Shown piece after piece: positions 18,840 to 28,433 of a stretch of DNA of 64,000 nt (the first letter of the stretch is position 1; each line of letters begins with the position of its first letter). This DNA comes from Candidatus Latescibacterota bacterium (GTDB taxonomy: Bacteria > Latescibacterota > UBA2968 > GCA-2709665): positions 1,792,001 to 1,856,000 of the forward strand of contig OZ220733.1 in assembly GCA_965116875.1 (NCBI GenBank), in the 5' to 3' direction. Below the pieces are notes generated by a model. The model was not told the DNA's origin. It did not search any database and saw only the letters and a list, made by a program, of their open reading frames with translations. Both the position numbers and the translations under genes were made by a program.

Positions 18840-20287
18840 CACTCGCGATCCTCCACCCCGCCCGGCATGACAACCGCATCGACCATCCCGTGCAGTACTT
18901 TCTTGTCCGGCGGGCAAACCGTGGCCTGCACGCCCGACAATACGGGCCGCCCGTCGTGAATGAAATAATAAGGCTGGATGCGCACCCGTCCTTTGAGGCG
19001 CATCATGCGATCCGACTGGAAATCGTAGTACGACACCGAAAAGCGGGAACCCGTGTGGAACTCCTGCAATATGTGGGGAGAACCGGGAAATTCGGCAAGC
19101 GCGGACTCGATCGTGGTCTGCCAGTCCAGCTCCGACATATCGTGGCCGACGGCCACGCCGCGGCTCCCCCAGGCCTGATCGGAGAAACCGGACGGCTTAA
19201 TCACAAAACGGCGTTGCTTCTGTCCCAAGGCGCCGAGGTCCCGCCAGTTTCCGAAATTCCTGCCGTCCACGCTCAAACCCGGGATAACGGCGTGCGGCGG
19301 CAGGGCACGCGGGTCCAGAATCCACGTCTTCGGAAAGGTCTGCATGAGGAACTCCACCGCTTCTTCTCCAAGCTCGCGAAGCCAGAACGAACGCAGGAGG
19401 GGATGGTGGAACAGGGCCATCAGCATTTTCTCTTCCAGGTGGGCTTTCAACGGCGGCGTCGCCTTAACCGTTCCCTTTCGGATGGCATATAGAATCAGAT
19501 CCATCTTCGGTATGTTTTTCAGGTCGAACAGTTCGAAAAAACGATAGAGAACGTCGATCTGCCGTCGACCGCCCGTGCCGTTCACGAACAGTCCGGCTTC
19601 GCTGAAGATGATCTCTTCCGGGCGCACCACGCAGGTTTCAAGTCCCGCCCGGTTCAGGGCTTCCCCCAACCACGTCATTTCGGGACGATACCCCGAAGAT
19701 TCCTCTGAAACCACAATGCCCAGCACCGGCTCTGCAATCCCGGCAACCGAACGCACCATCCCCATGAATCCGTTCACCATACCATCGGCGCCGCCCACGA
19801 TTCCGAATCCGAACCGGCCGTACCGCTCCGCCAGACTGGCGGTAAACCCGATTCCCCCCGGCACCGAGTCCAGTTCCGAGGCGATCGTCCCCGAGGGGGT
19901 CGGAATCAGGTCCGGCCGGATCACCAGGGGCAGATGCTGTTTGAAACGGTTCATCCGGCCGTATCCGATTACGGTTTCGGGCTTCCCCTGATCCAGGTAT
20001 GCCGCCACCCACTCCGGCTGGATCTTTCGGACACTTTGAGAATACAGAAGGTTGCATGCCTTGTAGAAATCGTACAGATGCGTGCCCAGGCGTTCCAGAT
20101 GGTCAATCACCCGCTGCGGCATCCAGAACGGTTCGGGCGACACCCGCCACGGGCTGTTGGATTTGGGATGCACCGTGCGCTGCACATCCGTATACAGCCC
20201 TCCACCGGGCGTCATTCTGTCAATACAGAGGCTGCGCTCCTTCGCGTCGGTCACTTGTATCGTCTCTTCTTCTGCGCAGATTCCCAT
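18839..20287 (-). CDS. Glutathionylspermidine-synthase-like / circularly permuted ATP-grasp protein
   Basis: IRPDL, ELDSVPGG, VLYRFFELFD, EEK, VIKPSGFS...WGSRGV, ILQEF. Stop overlaps the larE ATG (TGATG). Confidence 0.7.
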   Translation of the reverse strand: MGICAEEETIQVTDAKERSLCIDRMTPGGGLYTDVQRTVHPKSNSPWRVSPEPFWMPQRVIDHLERLGTHLYDFYKACNLLYSQSVRKIQPEWVAAYLDQGKPETVIGYGRMNRFKQHLPLVIRPDLIPTPSGTIASELDSVPGGIGFTASLAERYGRFGFGIVGGADGMVNGFMGMVRSVAGIAEPVLGIVVSEESSGYRPEMTWLGEALNRAGLETCVVRPEEIIFSEAGLFVNGTGGRRQIDVLYRFFELFDLKNIPKMDLILYAIRKGTVKATPPLKAHLEEKMLMALFHHPLLRSFWLRELGEEAVEFLMQTFPKTWILDPRALPPHAVIPGLSVDGRNFGNWRDLGALGQKQRRFVIKPSGFSDQAWGSRGVAVGHDMSELDWQTTIESALAEFPGSPHILQEFHTGSRFSVSYYDFQSDRMMRLKGRVRIQPYYFIHDGRPVLSGVQATVCPPDKKVLHGMVDAVVMPGGVEDRE

Positions 20288-20391
20288 GTCGATATCACCC
20301 GGCCTGCTTTGTTCACCACGATTCGTTTGTTTTTGTGGACGTTAAATGGATCGTCCGATCTCCGGCGAATGCGGACTATCGCCGCGAATCC

Positions 20392-20895
20392 TCAGGAACC
20401 GCTTCCGCCGCTCCGGCGCTGACGCCGTTTGGGCTTCTTCACTCTCTTCCAGACCAGGGTGGACCCGCCAATCTGCAGCCGGCGCCAGGATTCGGGCGCG
20501 CCGCCGTCCTCCCCGCCCCGTTGACGGGTCGGCGACCCGTCAACGGGGCGGGGCCGGCTCCGCAACGCCGCGGACTCGTCATCGGTCAGAAGCGTCTGAA
20601 CGGATGACAGGGTTTCCGAAACACCCTCGCCGTCCGATTCATCCTGCAGATTCAGTCGGGCGGCAGCGGCTTCGTAGACGGCCTTCGCCGTCTCGACACG
20701 CGCTTCGAGCATGCCAAGCGCACGTCTCAGCTCCTCAACCTGTAAGGCCGATGATTCTATTTCGCGGCGTGCGTGTTCGAGTACTTCTTCGTAGAGATCG
20801 TTCCGTTCGCCGTTTGCGTCTTCCATGATCTCCGCCCACTTGTCGTGGTTATCCCGCGCAAGGAACTTCGGTTGAGCAACCGGTTTCGCGTTCAA
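20392..20895 (-). CDS. Hypothetical protein with an N-terminal coiled coil
   Basis: Overlaps the upstream stop by 4 nt; heptad-like LEHARREIESSALQVEELRRALGMLEARVETAK. Confidence 0.55.
   Translation of the reverse strand: MNAKPVAQPKFLARDNHDKWAEIMEDANGERNDLYEEVLEHARREIESSALQVEELRRALGMLEARVETAKAVYEAAAARLNLQDESDGEGVSETLSSVQTLLTDDESAALRSRPRPVDGSPTRQRGGEDGGAPESWRRLQIGGSTLVWKRVKKPKRRQRRSGGSGS
20511..20553. repeat. Perfect 21-bp-arm inverted repeat
   Basis: CCCCGCCCCGTTGACGGGTCG-G-CGACCCGTCAACGGGGCGGGG. Confidence 0.9.
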
Positions 20896-22829
20896 CGCCC
20901 GGTTTCGCCGGCGAGCGCCAGCTTCAACCTTTTCCTGTACCGTTCCGGGTCTCTGAGAATTCGGACCGCCTCGTGAAACTGTTCATCGCCCTTCAGCCGC
21001 GCCAGAATGCGCCCCTTCCTCCCCCAGACCCGGTTTCCCAGTTCCCTTCCGATTTCCAGACGGATAAACGGTTCGGCTTTTTCGAATTCCGCTTCCCGTT
21101 CTGACTCAACAACGTTCCGCAGGACTTCCAATGCCCGGTCCGCTTTTGCGTCCAGGCCCGCGGCCGCCAGCGCCCGGTTCAGATTCTCCAGTTCGTTCTG
21201 GGCAGGCGTTCGGTAGCGCTTGAAATTGCCAAGTTTCGACGTGTCCGCGAGAAATTCCCGGAACGCGCTGATTTCCTCTTCCCCCACCTCATAGCCCTCC
21301 GGGTTCCGGGGAAACGTGGTCCGCGCGGCGTATTCTACGGCAAAGTCGAAAAACAAACCGGCCCGGTACATTTCGAGTATCAGTCGCGGTCTGCGCTTCG
21401 GCTTCACCACCACGTCAGGCGTGATGCCGCCTCCGCCGAAGACCGAGCGCCCGCCGGCAGTCTTGAAAACCCTGGCCGAATCCGAGACGTCGTTCGCCAC
21501 CCGGTCCTCTCTCAACGCCATTCCCAACATCTGCCCCAGCTCCGTCTCGAACAGCTGCTCTGCCTGTTTTGTGGATTCCAGATCGAACTGTTCGAAAAGC
21601 CGTGTGATCGCATCCTCCCGACTCTCTTCCCCCGCAATCGTCGCAACCGTCTGATACAGAGGCACCTGCGAGTCCCCGACGTTCAACGCCAGATTGCCGA
21701 GCCTTCCGAATCTCCTGTTCTTGTGGATGCTGCGCCCGCTGGGCGTGTAGTAAAGGGCCGTTGTCCACTTCAGCGCTTTCTTGTCACTGACACGCTGAAA
21801 GGATTGAACGGAGCCCTTGCCGAATGTTGGTGTGCCCAGGATCAGCCCCCGGTCCGAGTCCTGAATTGCCCCCGCGACAATCTCCGAGGCGCTGGCGCTG
21901 TGGCTGTTGACCAGAACCACGAGCGGGATATCCTTAACCCTGGACGCTTCGGCGGTGCGATACTCCTTATTCTGGGAATCCACGCGGCCACGCGTGGTGA
22001 CAACCAGCAGATCGGGTCCCAGAAACACGTCGGCGACGGCGACGGCCTGCGCCAGCAGCCCACCCGGATTCCCCCGCAAGTCCAGGATAATACCCCTCGT
22101 ATTCTTCGCTTTCAGCTCGTCCACGGCGGCTTTCAGCTCAATGGGCGTGGATTCCGAGAACCGGCTGCCGATCAGGCCGGACATGGCAATGTAACCGATG
22201 CCTTCTTCGATCCCGTCGATGCTCGCCACGCTTTTCACACGAATATGCGCCCGGATAATCTCCTGGTCGAACGGTTGCGACCGGCCCGGTCGTTCGATTG
22301 TGATCACGACCCGGTTACCCGGGTGCCCGCGCAGCACGTCCACAACCTCCTCCAGTTTCCGGTTGAGCGTGGGGTCTCCGTCCACCTTCACGATCCGGTC
22401 GCCGACCACGAGACCGGAAGTGTCGGCAGGCGTACCGTCGATCACACTCAGAACGACGGGCACCTCGACGCCATTCCTCTTCATCGTGCTGATCGTGATG
22501 CCCAACCCGCCGAATTTGCCCTGGGTATCGATCAGAAGATCGTCCAGTCCGCGCCGATTGAGCATCTGCGTATACGGATCGAGTTCGTCCAGCATGCCTT
22601 CGATGGCTGAAGTCGTGAGCGAGTCGGACGCCAGTGGCTTATAGTAACTCGTTGTGAGCAGTTTCAGCGTTTCTATGTATTCGTCTATGCTGTTTTCCAC
22701 GGCGGCGTACCCGTCTTCCCCTTTGACAAGCCGCGAGTCCAGGACCAGGCATGTTCCCAGGAGGCCGATAAGTGCCGTTCCAACCCATATTCGTCTGCGT
22801 TTCCGTGCGCTCATATCCCGCCTCCGCAT
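20892..22829 (-). CDS. S41 carboxyl-terminal processing protease (CtpA/Prc-like, PDZ)
   Basis: LDPYT, FGGLGI, LDLRGNPGG, SASASEIVAGAIQD, TFGKGSVQ, YYTPSGRSIH, GGGITPD. Confidence 0.95.
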   Translation of the reverse strand: MRRRDMSARKRRRIWVGTALIGLLGTCLVLDSRLVKGEDGYAAVENSIDEYIETLKLLTTSYYKPLASDSLTTSAIEGMLDELDPYTQMLNRRGLDDLLIDTQGKFGGLGITISTMKRNGVEVPVVLSVIDGTPADTSGLVVGDRIVKVDGDPTLNRKLEEVVDVLRGHPGNRVVITIERPGRSQPFDQEIIRAHIRVKSVASIDGIEEGIGYIAMSGLIGSRFSESTPIELKAAVDELKAKNTRGIILDLRGNPGGLLAQAVAVADVFLGPDLLVVTTRGRVDSQNKEYRTAEASRVKDIPLVVLVNSHSASASEIVAGAIQDSDRGLILGTPTFGKGSVQSFQRVSDKKALKWTTALYYTPSGRSIHKNRRFGRLGNLALNVGDSQVPLYQTVATIAGEESREDAITRLFEQFDLESTKQAEQLFETELGQMLGMALREDRVANDVSDSARVFKTAGGRSVFGGGGITPDVVVKPKRRPRLILEMYRAGLFFDFAVEYAARTTFPRNPEGYEVGEEEISAFREFLADTSKLGNFKRYRTPAQNELENLNRALAAAGLDAKADRALEVLRNVVESEREAEFEKAEPFIRLEIGRELGNRVWGRKGRILARLKGDEQFHEAVRILRDPERYRKRLKLALAGETGR

Positions 22830-22937
22830 TGTCTGGTCCCAACCTTCCTCGTTGTCGCGGGTCCTGCCCCTGCATTCTCCTGCTGTTTTCGTCGTGGAGC
22901 CATCGCTGACTGCCGTCCGCGCCGGTTTTCCTGTCGA

Positions 22938-23573
22938 TCAACCCGTCGGCCGAACCGCGCCCGCCAGCCGTTCCCGTACTTCTCTGTGGATCCGGCGCCC
23001 GAGGTCCTCGACAGGGAGCCGGCCGTCAACCCGAAGAATCCGTTCCGGCTCCTCCTGCCAGATCCTTTGGTACCCGTCCCTTACGCGGTCGAAAAACGCG
23101 TGGCCGGCGGCTTCGAGTCTGTCGGCATCTTCAGGTATCCATCGCTGCTTCAAGGTTTCGAGGTCCACGTCGATCCAAACGGTCAGTTCCGGTCTCAGCC
23201 CCCCTGTGGCCACTTCCTGAACCGTCTGAATACGTTCCAGGTTCAGCCCGCGCCCGTACCCCTGGTAGACGACCGTGGAATCGAAAAACCGATCTGATAT
23301 CACCACTTCTCCCCGCGAGAGCGCCGGACGGATCACCGTGTTGACGTGTTGAGCCCGATCAGCCGCGAATAGCAGCATCTCCGCGGCGGGGTCCACTTCC
23401 GATCGACGTTCCAGCAACAGACTGCGGACCTTACGGCCCAGCCCGGTTCCGCCCGGTTCCAGGGTGAACACCACGGATCGCCCCTCCGCACGAAGACGTT
23501 CGGCCAGCCGTTTGGCCTGGGTGGTTTTCCCGCTTCTGTCGATGCCTTCAAAGGTAATGAAGAGTCCCGCCAC
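22938..23573 (-). CDS. tmk: Thymidylate kinase
   Basis: FITFEGIDRSGKTTQ, LFAADRAQH, DRFFDS...YQG. Start placed at GTG 23573. Confidence 0.95.
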   Translation of the reverse strand: MAGLFITFEGIDRSGKTTQAKRLAERLRAEGRSVVFTLEPGGTGLGRKVRSLLLERRSEVDPAAEMLLFAADRAQHVNTVIRPALSRGEVVISDRFFDSTVVYQGYGRGLNLERIQTVQEVATGGLRPELTVWIDVDLETLKQRWIPEDADRLEAAGHAFFDRVRDGYQRIWQEEPERILRVDGRLPVEDLGRRIHREVRERLAGAVRPTG

Positions 23574-23611
23574 GCCGATCCACACTCCCGCGCCGCGCGG
23601 GGGCGGCTCCG

Positions 23612-24520
23612 TTATCCGAGCAACTGCGTCAGGATCGCCTTCTGGACGTGCATCCTGTTTTCCGCCTGGTCCACCGCCACGCATCGCCGGCTCGCCATCA
23701 CTTCCGCTGTCAACTCGTACCCCTTGTGTGCGGGAAGACAATGCATGACCAGCGCATCGGTTTTGTCCAGCAGGTCCATATCTATCTGATACCTGGCAAA
23801 TGCCTCGACGCGTCGCTTCTTTTCCGCTTCATATGCAGGATCTTCGAAGAATTCCATGTCGATCCAGGTATCCGTATACAGGAAATCCGCTCCGGCCACC
23901 GCCGCCTCCAGGTCCAGGGTTTCCCGGAAAAGACCGGTCTTCCTGGCCCGATCGGTAAGTTCTTCGTCTTCAGAGGGTTTGTTTACTTCCGGCGTCACCG
24001 TCGTGATTCGCACGCCGGCCTTGGTACATCCGGCGATCAATGAATTGCACACGTTGTTCCGGATGCCCACGTAGACCAGGTGGGCGCCCTCCAGATTTCC
24101 ACGGATTTCACGTACCGTCATCAGATCGCCAAGCGCCTGGCACGGATGGTACCGGTTGCAACAACCGTTAATCACGGGAACCTCCGCCCCGTCCGCAAGT
24201 TCCCGGAGGTCGCAATGACTCAACATCCGGGCCATGATGACGTCTGAATAGCGGGAAAGCACCTGGGCTTCGTCCCTGAGGTCCGCCAACTGGAAATTCG
24301 TGGCGCGCCAATCCAGATTCATGGCGTACCCACCCAGCTGATTCATCCCCGTTTCGAACGAACATCGGGTCCGCGTCGATGGTTTCTGAAACAGCATCGC
24401 CAGCGTTCGGCCCCGCAATGCTCCCGAAAACCGTTTCGGGTCTGCCTTCATCAACAGACCCGCCTCGATCGTTTCCAGGATTTCGTCAGACGACCATGTC
24501 TTGAGTGTAATCAAATCCAT
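23612..24520 (-). CDS. argF: Ornithine carbamoyltransferase
   Basis: FQKPSTRTR, HPCQ, YTDTW, MHCLP, QAENR. Confidence 0.9.
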   Translation of the reverse strand: MDLITLKTWSSDEILETIEAGLLMKADPKRFSGALRGRTLAMLFQKPSTRTRCSFETGMNQLGGYAMNLDWRATNFQLADLRDEAQVLSRYSDVIMARMLSHCDLRELADGAEVPVINGCCNRYHPCQALGDLMTVREIRGNLEGAHLVYVGIRNNVCNSLIAGCTKAGVRITTVTPEVNKPSEDEELTDRARKTGLFRETLDLEAAVAGADFLYTDTWIDMEFFEDPAYEAEKKRRVEAFARYQIDMDLLDKTDALVMHCLPAHKGYELTAEVMASRRCVAVDQAENRMHVQKAILTQLLG

Positions 24521-24578
24521 TGGCGAACGACGTTCCTCCTCACCCGGCCGGGCGTCAGACGGCCGGCCGCGGGTCGTA

Positions 24579-25562
24579 TCAACCCGGTTGGATCGTTCGG
24601 CACGATCCCAATTGCTTCTTTACTGCGGCCAACAGAAGCCGTTTCGCCTCTTCAACGGGCTTTTCGATCCTGCATCCCGAGGCGCGCCTGTGCCCGCCGC
24701 CGCCGAACGCTGCGGCGATTCGATTCACATCCACCCCGCCCCGGGAACGCAGGCTGATACGGAACCGACCCTGTGCCTCTTCCTTCAGAACCACCGCCAC
24801 CTGAACCCCCTCTATTGCCATGGCGTGGTCCACCACGGGATCCGGATCGCCGCCTTTGCGGTACGTCTCGTGGTCCACCACCACGGTACTCACCCGGCCA
24901 TCGCAATGCAGATCCAGCGTACCCAGAGCGGCCGCCAGCGTCACCATGGTTTCAAGGCTTTCCCGGGCGAACAGCGCGTCGGCGATCGCTTCCGGGTCCG
25001 CACCGTAATCCACCAGTTCGCTGCATACCTTCAGTGCTCGTTCCGGATGCGAAACCCTGAACAGCTTGGTATCGAAAGCGATACCCGCGTAAATCTGATT
25101 TGCGACCTCCGGCCCGATCTCCGCCTCCGCCGCAAGAAGCAGCCCATAGACCAGCTCACTGGCGGAACTGGCCGCGCTGTCGACGATGCGGACGTCGCCC
25201 TGCGGCTTCCGCGCCGCGTGATGATCGATAATCATTGTGCTGGCGCGCTCTCCGAGCAGCCGACACACGTCGCCCACGCGCTGCGGGTCGAGCGTGGGCG
25301 TGTCCACAAATACCGCCCTGTCAAAGGACGGTTGATCCGCAAGAGATCCGTACAACTCAATATGCTCAAATCCCGGTAGAAAAGCAAACTTCGGATTCAA
25401 AGTCTCGTCGCTGAGGACGAGCCTGCAAACCCGCTTTTTCCGGACAAGCATCTCCCTCAGCGCCAGGAGGCCCCCAATCCCGTCACAGTCTGCATTGACA
25501 TGGGTTGCAAGCAGAACCGGTTCATCAGGTTCGAAAAAAGATATGGCTGCGGTATAGTCCAT
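24579..25562 (-). CDS. DHH/DHHA1 phosphoesterase (NrnA-like)
   Basis: THVNADCD, IIDHH, SLRS, FGGGGH. Confidence 0.9.
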   Translation of the reverse strand: MDYTAAISFFEPDEPVLLATHVNADCDGIGGLLALREMLVRKKRVCRLVLSDETLNPKFAFLPGFEHIELYGSLADQPSFDRAVFVDTPTLDPQRVGDVCRLLGERASTMIIDHHAARKPQGDVRIVDSAASSASELVYGLLLAAEAEIGPEVANQIYAGIAFDTKLFRVSHPERALKVCSELVDYGADPEAIADALFARESLETMVTLAAALGTLDLHCDGRVSTVVVDHETYRKGGDPDPVVDHAMAIEGVQVAVVLKEEAQGRFRISLRSRGGVDVNRIAAAFGGGGHRRASGCRIEKPVEEAKRLLLAAVKKQLGSCRTIQPG

Positions 25563-25586
25563 CGTTATGTTTCGTATCCGTCCCGT

Positions 25587-26753
25587 TTAATGGTTTCCTG
25601 CAAGCCACAGCGCCGGATTTACGGGCTCCTCACCCCGCATGATCTGAAAGTGGAGTTGTGGAATGCCGTCAATCCGGCCCGTACTTCCCACCGTTCCGAG
25701 TACGGCCGCCTGAATCACCGGCTGTTTCGGCAACACATGTACTTCGGCAAGATGCCCGTAAAGCGTATAGTACCCGCCCGGATGGTGCAACAAAACAAAT
25801 TGGCCGTACCCCGGATACCAGTCCACGAGCGCGACCGTGCCCGGCGCGACCGCCCGGACCTCGATTCCGGCAGGCGCAGCGATGTTGATGCCTCGATTGA
25901 ACGTCCACGTCTTCAGTTCAGGATCCTGGCGCCGGCCGAAGCGTACCACCACGCCGCCGGGAACCGGCCGGGGCAGTCTCCCGCGGTGGGATGAGAAATC
26001 GAATGGCGGCAATGCGGTATGCCGACGCCAGTCCTGTGTCTCCTGGATGATCCGCCCGATCCGCTCACTGGACGCGGCCAGGGCCGCCTGCGTCTTTCGA
26101 ACCGCCTCCGAGCGGGCGTCCGCGTCCCGCCGGAGTCGTTTGAGTTCAGCCTCCCGCCGTCTGACTCGATTTGCCAGGCGGTCCTCGGTTCTGCGTTTGA
26201 CGCCCAACAGGGCCTTCTGCCGTTCGTGCCGCACGGCCTGCAGTCTGAGTACGCCGGAAATCCGCTTTCGATCATGCTGAATGGCTTCAAAGTCCCTGCG
26301 ATCCTGAGCCGCAACCCTGGAGAGATAGCGAAGACGTCTGAACGCTTCAGTAAACGAATCCGCCGAAAAAAGGATCCGCAACGTACCCCGCCTGCCGAGT
26401 TTGTACATCTCACGCATACGGCTGGAGATTTCCAACTCACGCACCTTCCTCCGCGCGTCGACGCGGGTCAGTTCACGCTTCGCCGTTCCGAGTCGTCTCG
26501 ACAGCTTTCCCTGCCGGCGTGCCAGACTGCGCAGCTCGCCCCTGATTCGGACGATGTCCCGTTCCCTTCGCTCCAGATCCAGGGAAACCGCTTTCTGCCG
26601 GGACTTCGCCTGTTCCAGCTGCTCACGGTCGGATTGAAGCCTCGCCTTCAAGCTGTCGAGCGCGGCGCGCTCCTCGGCCAACGCTGCCTGCAGGTCAGCC
26701 TGCGCCGGCGACGCCATTGCCAGGATCATCAGTACCGGAACGAGAATCCGCAT
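25587..26753 (-). CDS. envC: Murein hydrolase activator EnvC (coiled coil + degenerate M23)
   Basis: Signal peptide, long coiled coil, NRGINIAA, YTLYGHL, LHF; lies downstream of ftsEX. Confidence 0.85.
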   Translation of the reverse strand: MRILVPVLMILAMASPAQADLQAALAEERAALDSLKARLQSDREQLEQAKSRQKAVSLDLERRERDIVRIRGELRSLARRQGKLSRRLGTAKRELTRVDARRKVRELEISSRMREMYKLGRRGTLRILFSADSFTEAFRRLRYLSRVAAQDRRDFEAIQHDRKRISGVLRLQAVRHERQKALLGVKRRTEDRLANRVRRREAELKRLRRDADARSEAVRKTQAALAASSERIGRIIQETQDWRRHTALPPFDFSSHRGRLPRPVPGGVVVRFGRRQDPELKTWTFNRGINIAAPAGIEVRAVAPGTVALVDWYPGYGQFVLLHHPGGYYTLYGHLAEVHVLPKQPVIQAAVLGTVGSTGRIDGIPQLHFQIMRGEEPVNPALWLAGNH

Positions 26754-26811
26754 ACGCTTCTCTTCCATCCTCAGCTTCGTTCCCACCCTGATCTGTACAG
26801 CCCCAGGCAAC

Positions 26812-27669
26812 CTACGCCAGCGCCCGCAACACGCGGTTTAACGATACCCAGCTTCCCAGGATGCCCAACAGGACCCCCAGTCCGATCAATCCGGGATAAA
26901 CCGGCGCAACCCGTGTCGCGACGGGAATCCAGGCCGCCCACCATTGCGAACTGCTCCACAGAGCCAGTACCGCCAGTACGCCTCCGACGCATCCCAGAAC
27001 AGCGCCGCCCATCAACACGGTCAGGCGGATGAAACCGCCGGTGGCCCCGACCATGCGCATAACCTCGATCGCATCCCGCTGGGCAAGTACCAGCAGCTTG
27101 GTGGTGTTGGCGACGGCAAATGTGCATGCCAGACATAGCACCACGCCCAGCGAAACCCCTATCCAGGTAACCGCCTCCCGCGCGCGGTCCAGAGAGGTCA
27201 GCCAGGCTTCGCCTGCATCCACGCTTTCGACTCCCTTGCGGCCGGCTGCGTTTTCAGCGATCGCGCGCGCATTTTTCACCATACCGTCCCCCGCCCGAAT
27301 TACGACGCGGACAGATGCCGGCAGCGGGTTCCGCGATACGGCATCCAGAAGTCCGTCGCCGAACATGGACCTGAATTCCTCAGCTGCCGCCGCTTTGTCT
27401 ACGTAACGGACCGAGGCCACTCCCTTCATCGCTTCGAATTCCCGCGCCAATTCAAGCGCCCGCGTCCGGTCGATTCCGTCGTCCAGATACACGTCCACCT
27501 CTATTTTTTCCTGTAAGGACTCGAAGATCGACAGCCCGCCCCCGACAAGGAGCACAAATATCCCGAGGACCATCAGTGAAACTGCTGTTGTCAGGCCCGA
27601 CACCACTCCCGCCATCCCCGTGCGCCTCAACCCCCTCATTGCCTCTCTGAACGCCATCAGAAGCACCAT
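26812..27669 (-). CDS. ftsX: Cell division permease FtsX
   Basis: NPLPAS and IEVMRMVGAT, 4 TM. Start moved to MVLLMAF because the ORF-track ATG at 27702 lies inside a MITE remnant. Confidence 0.9.
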   Translation of the reverse strand: MVLLMAFREAMRGLRRTGMAGVVSGLTTAVSLMVLGIFVLLVGGGLSIFESLQEKIEVDVYLDDGIDRTRALELAREFEAMKGVASVRYVDKAAAAEEFRSMFGDGLLDAVSRNPLPASVRVVIRAGDGMVKNARAIAENAAGRKGVESVDAGEAWLTSLDRAREAVTWIGVSLGVVLCLACTFAVANTTKLLVLAQRDAIEVMRMVGATGGFIRLTVLMGGAVLGCVGGVLAVLALWSSSQWWAAWIPVATRVAPVYPGLIGLGVLLGILGSWVSLNRVLRALA

Positions 27670-27680
27670 ATTGCCCCCTG

Positions 27681-27717
27681 GCAGCCCGTTGAAAAAACCC
27701 ATCCGGGCTGCGGCCGG
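27681..27717 (+). mobile_element. MITE family B left-end remnant between ftsE and ftsX
   Basis: GCAGCCCGTTGAAAAAACCCATCCGGGCTGCGGCCGG is nearly identical to 56349-56385. Confidence 0.75.
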
Positions 27718-27752
27718 ACCAACCCTGCAAGCTCATATTGCCGGAACCGGCT

Positions 27753-28433
27753 TCAGGACCGGTATTGCCCTCCCGGCCAGCCCCCTCCTGCGATCCTCCC
27801 ATCCTCCAGCCGAAGCACCCTCCGGCGCTGCCGGGACACCAGGGCTTCGTTATGCGTTGCCACCAGTACCGTTGTTCCCCGCGCCTGTGCCCCGGCCAGA
27901 ATTCGCATGACGAGGTCTGTCGTCTCCGGATCCAGATTCGCGGCGGGTTCGTCCGCCAGGAGGACAAACGGCTCATTTGCCAGTGCGCGGGCGATCGCCA
28001 GCTGTTGCTGCTCGCCGCCGGACAATGCACCGGGACGGACGGATCGTTTATGGTTCAGCTCAACGTCCGCCAGCAGCGCATGGGTGCGCCGCCTGACAAC
28101 CCCGCGCGGCGTGCCCGTAACTTCCATGGCAAATGCTACGTTCTCGTAGACGGTCCGGTCCTGCAACAGACGGTGATGCTGAAAGACCATGCTTATGCTT
28201 CGGCGCACCGCCGGGATATCCCGGTCCCGAATCGTCTCCGAGTTGAAATCCCCCACCCGAACCACACCGGACGTTGGCCGCCGTTCGAACAGAACCAGTT
28301 GCAGTACCGTACTCTTCCCGGCCCCCGTCGGCCCCAGCAGGAAGGCGAATTCACCCCGTTCGATTTCGAAATCCACGTCTGTCAGGATACTGCGCCCCCG
28401 CTGCTCCACGCCAACCTGCCGAAGCGTAATCAC
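27753..28433 (-). CDS. ftsE: Cell division ATP-binding protein FtsE
   Basis: GPTGAGKST, VFQHHRLL, LSGGEQQ, LADEP, VATH; adjacent to ftsX. Confidence 0.92.
   Translation of the reverse strand: MITLRQVGVEQRGRSILTDVDFEIERGEFAFLLGPTGAGKSTVLQLVLFERRPTSGVVRVGDFNSETIRDRDIPAVRRSISMVFQHHRLLQDRTVYENVAFAMEVTGTPRGVVRRRTHALLADVELNHKRSVRPGALSGGEQQQLAIARALANEPFVLLADEPAANLDPETTDLVMRILAGAQARGTTVLVATHNEALVSRQRRRVLRLEDGRIAGGGWPGGQYRS

Noticed and set aside
24650-24665. TTCAACGGGCT match to the MITE B end inside the DHH gene
   Set aside because: Short match in an intact reading frame, probably chance.
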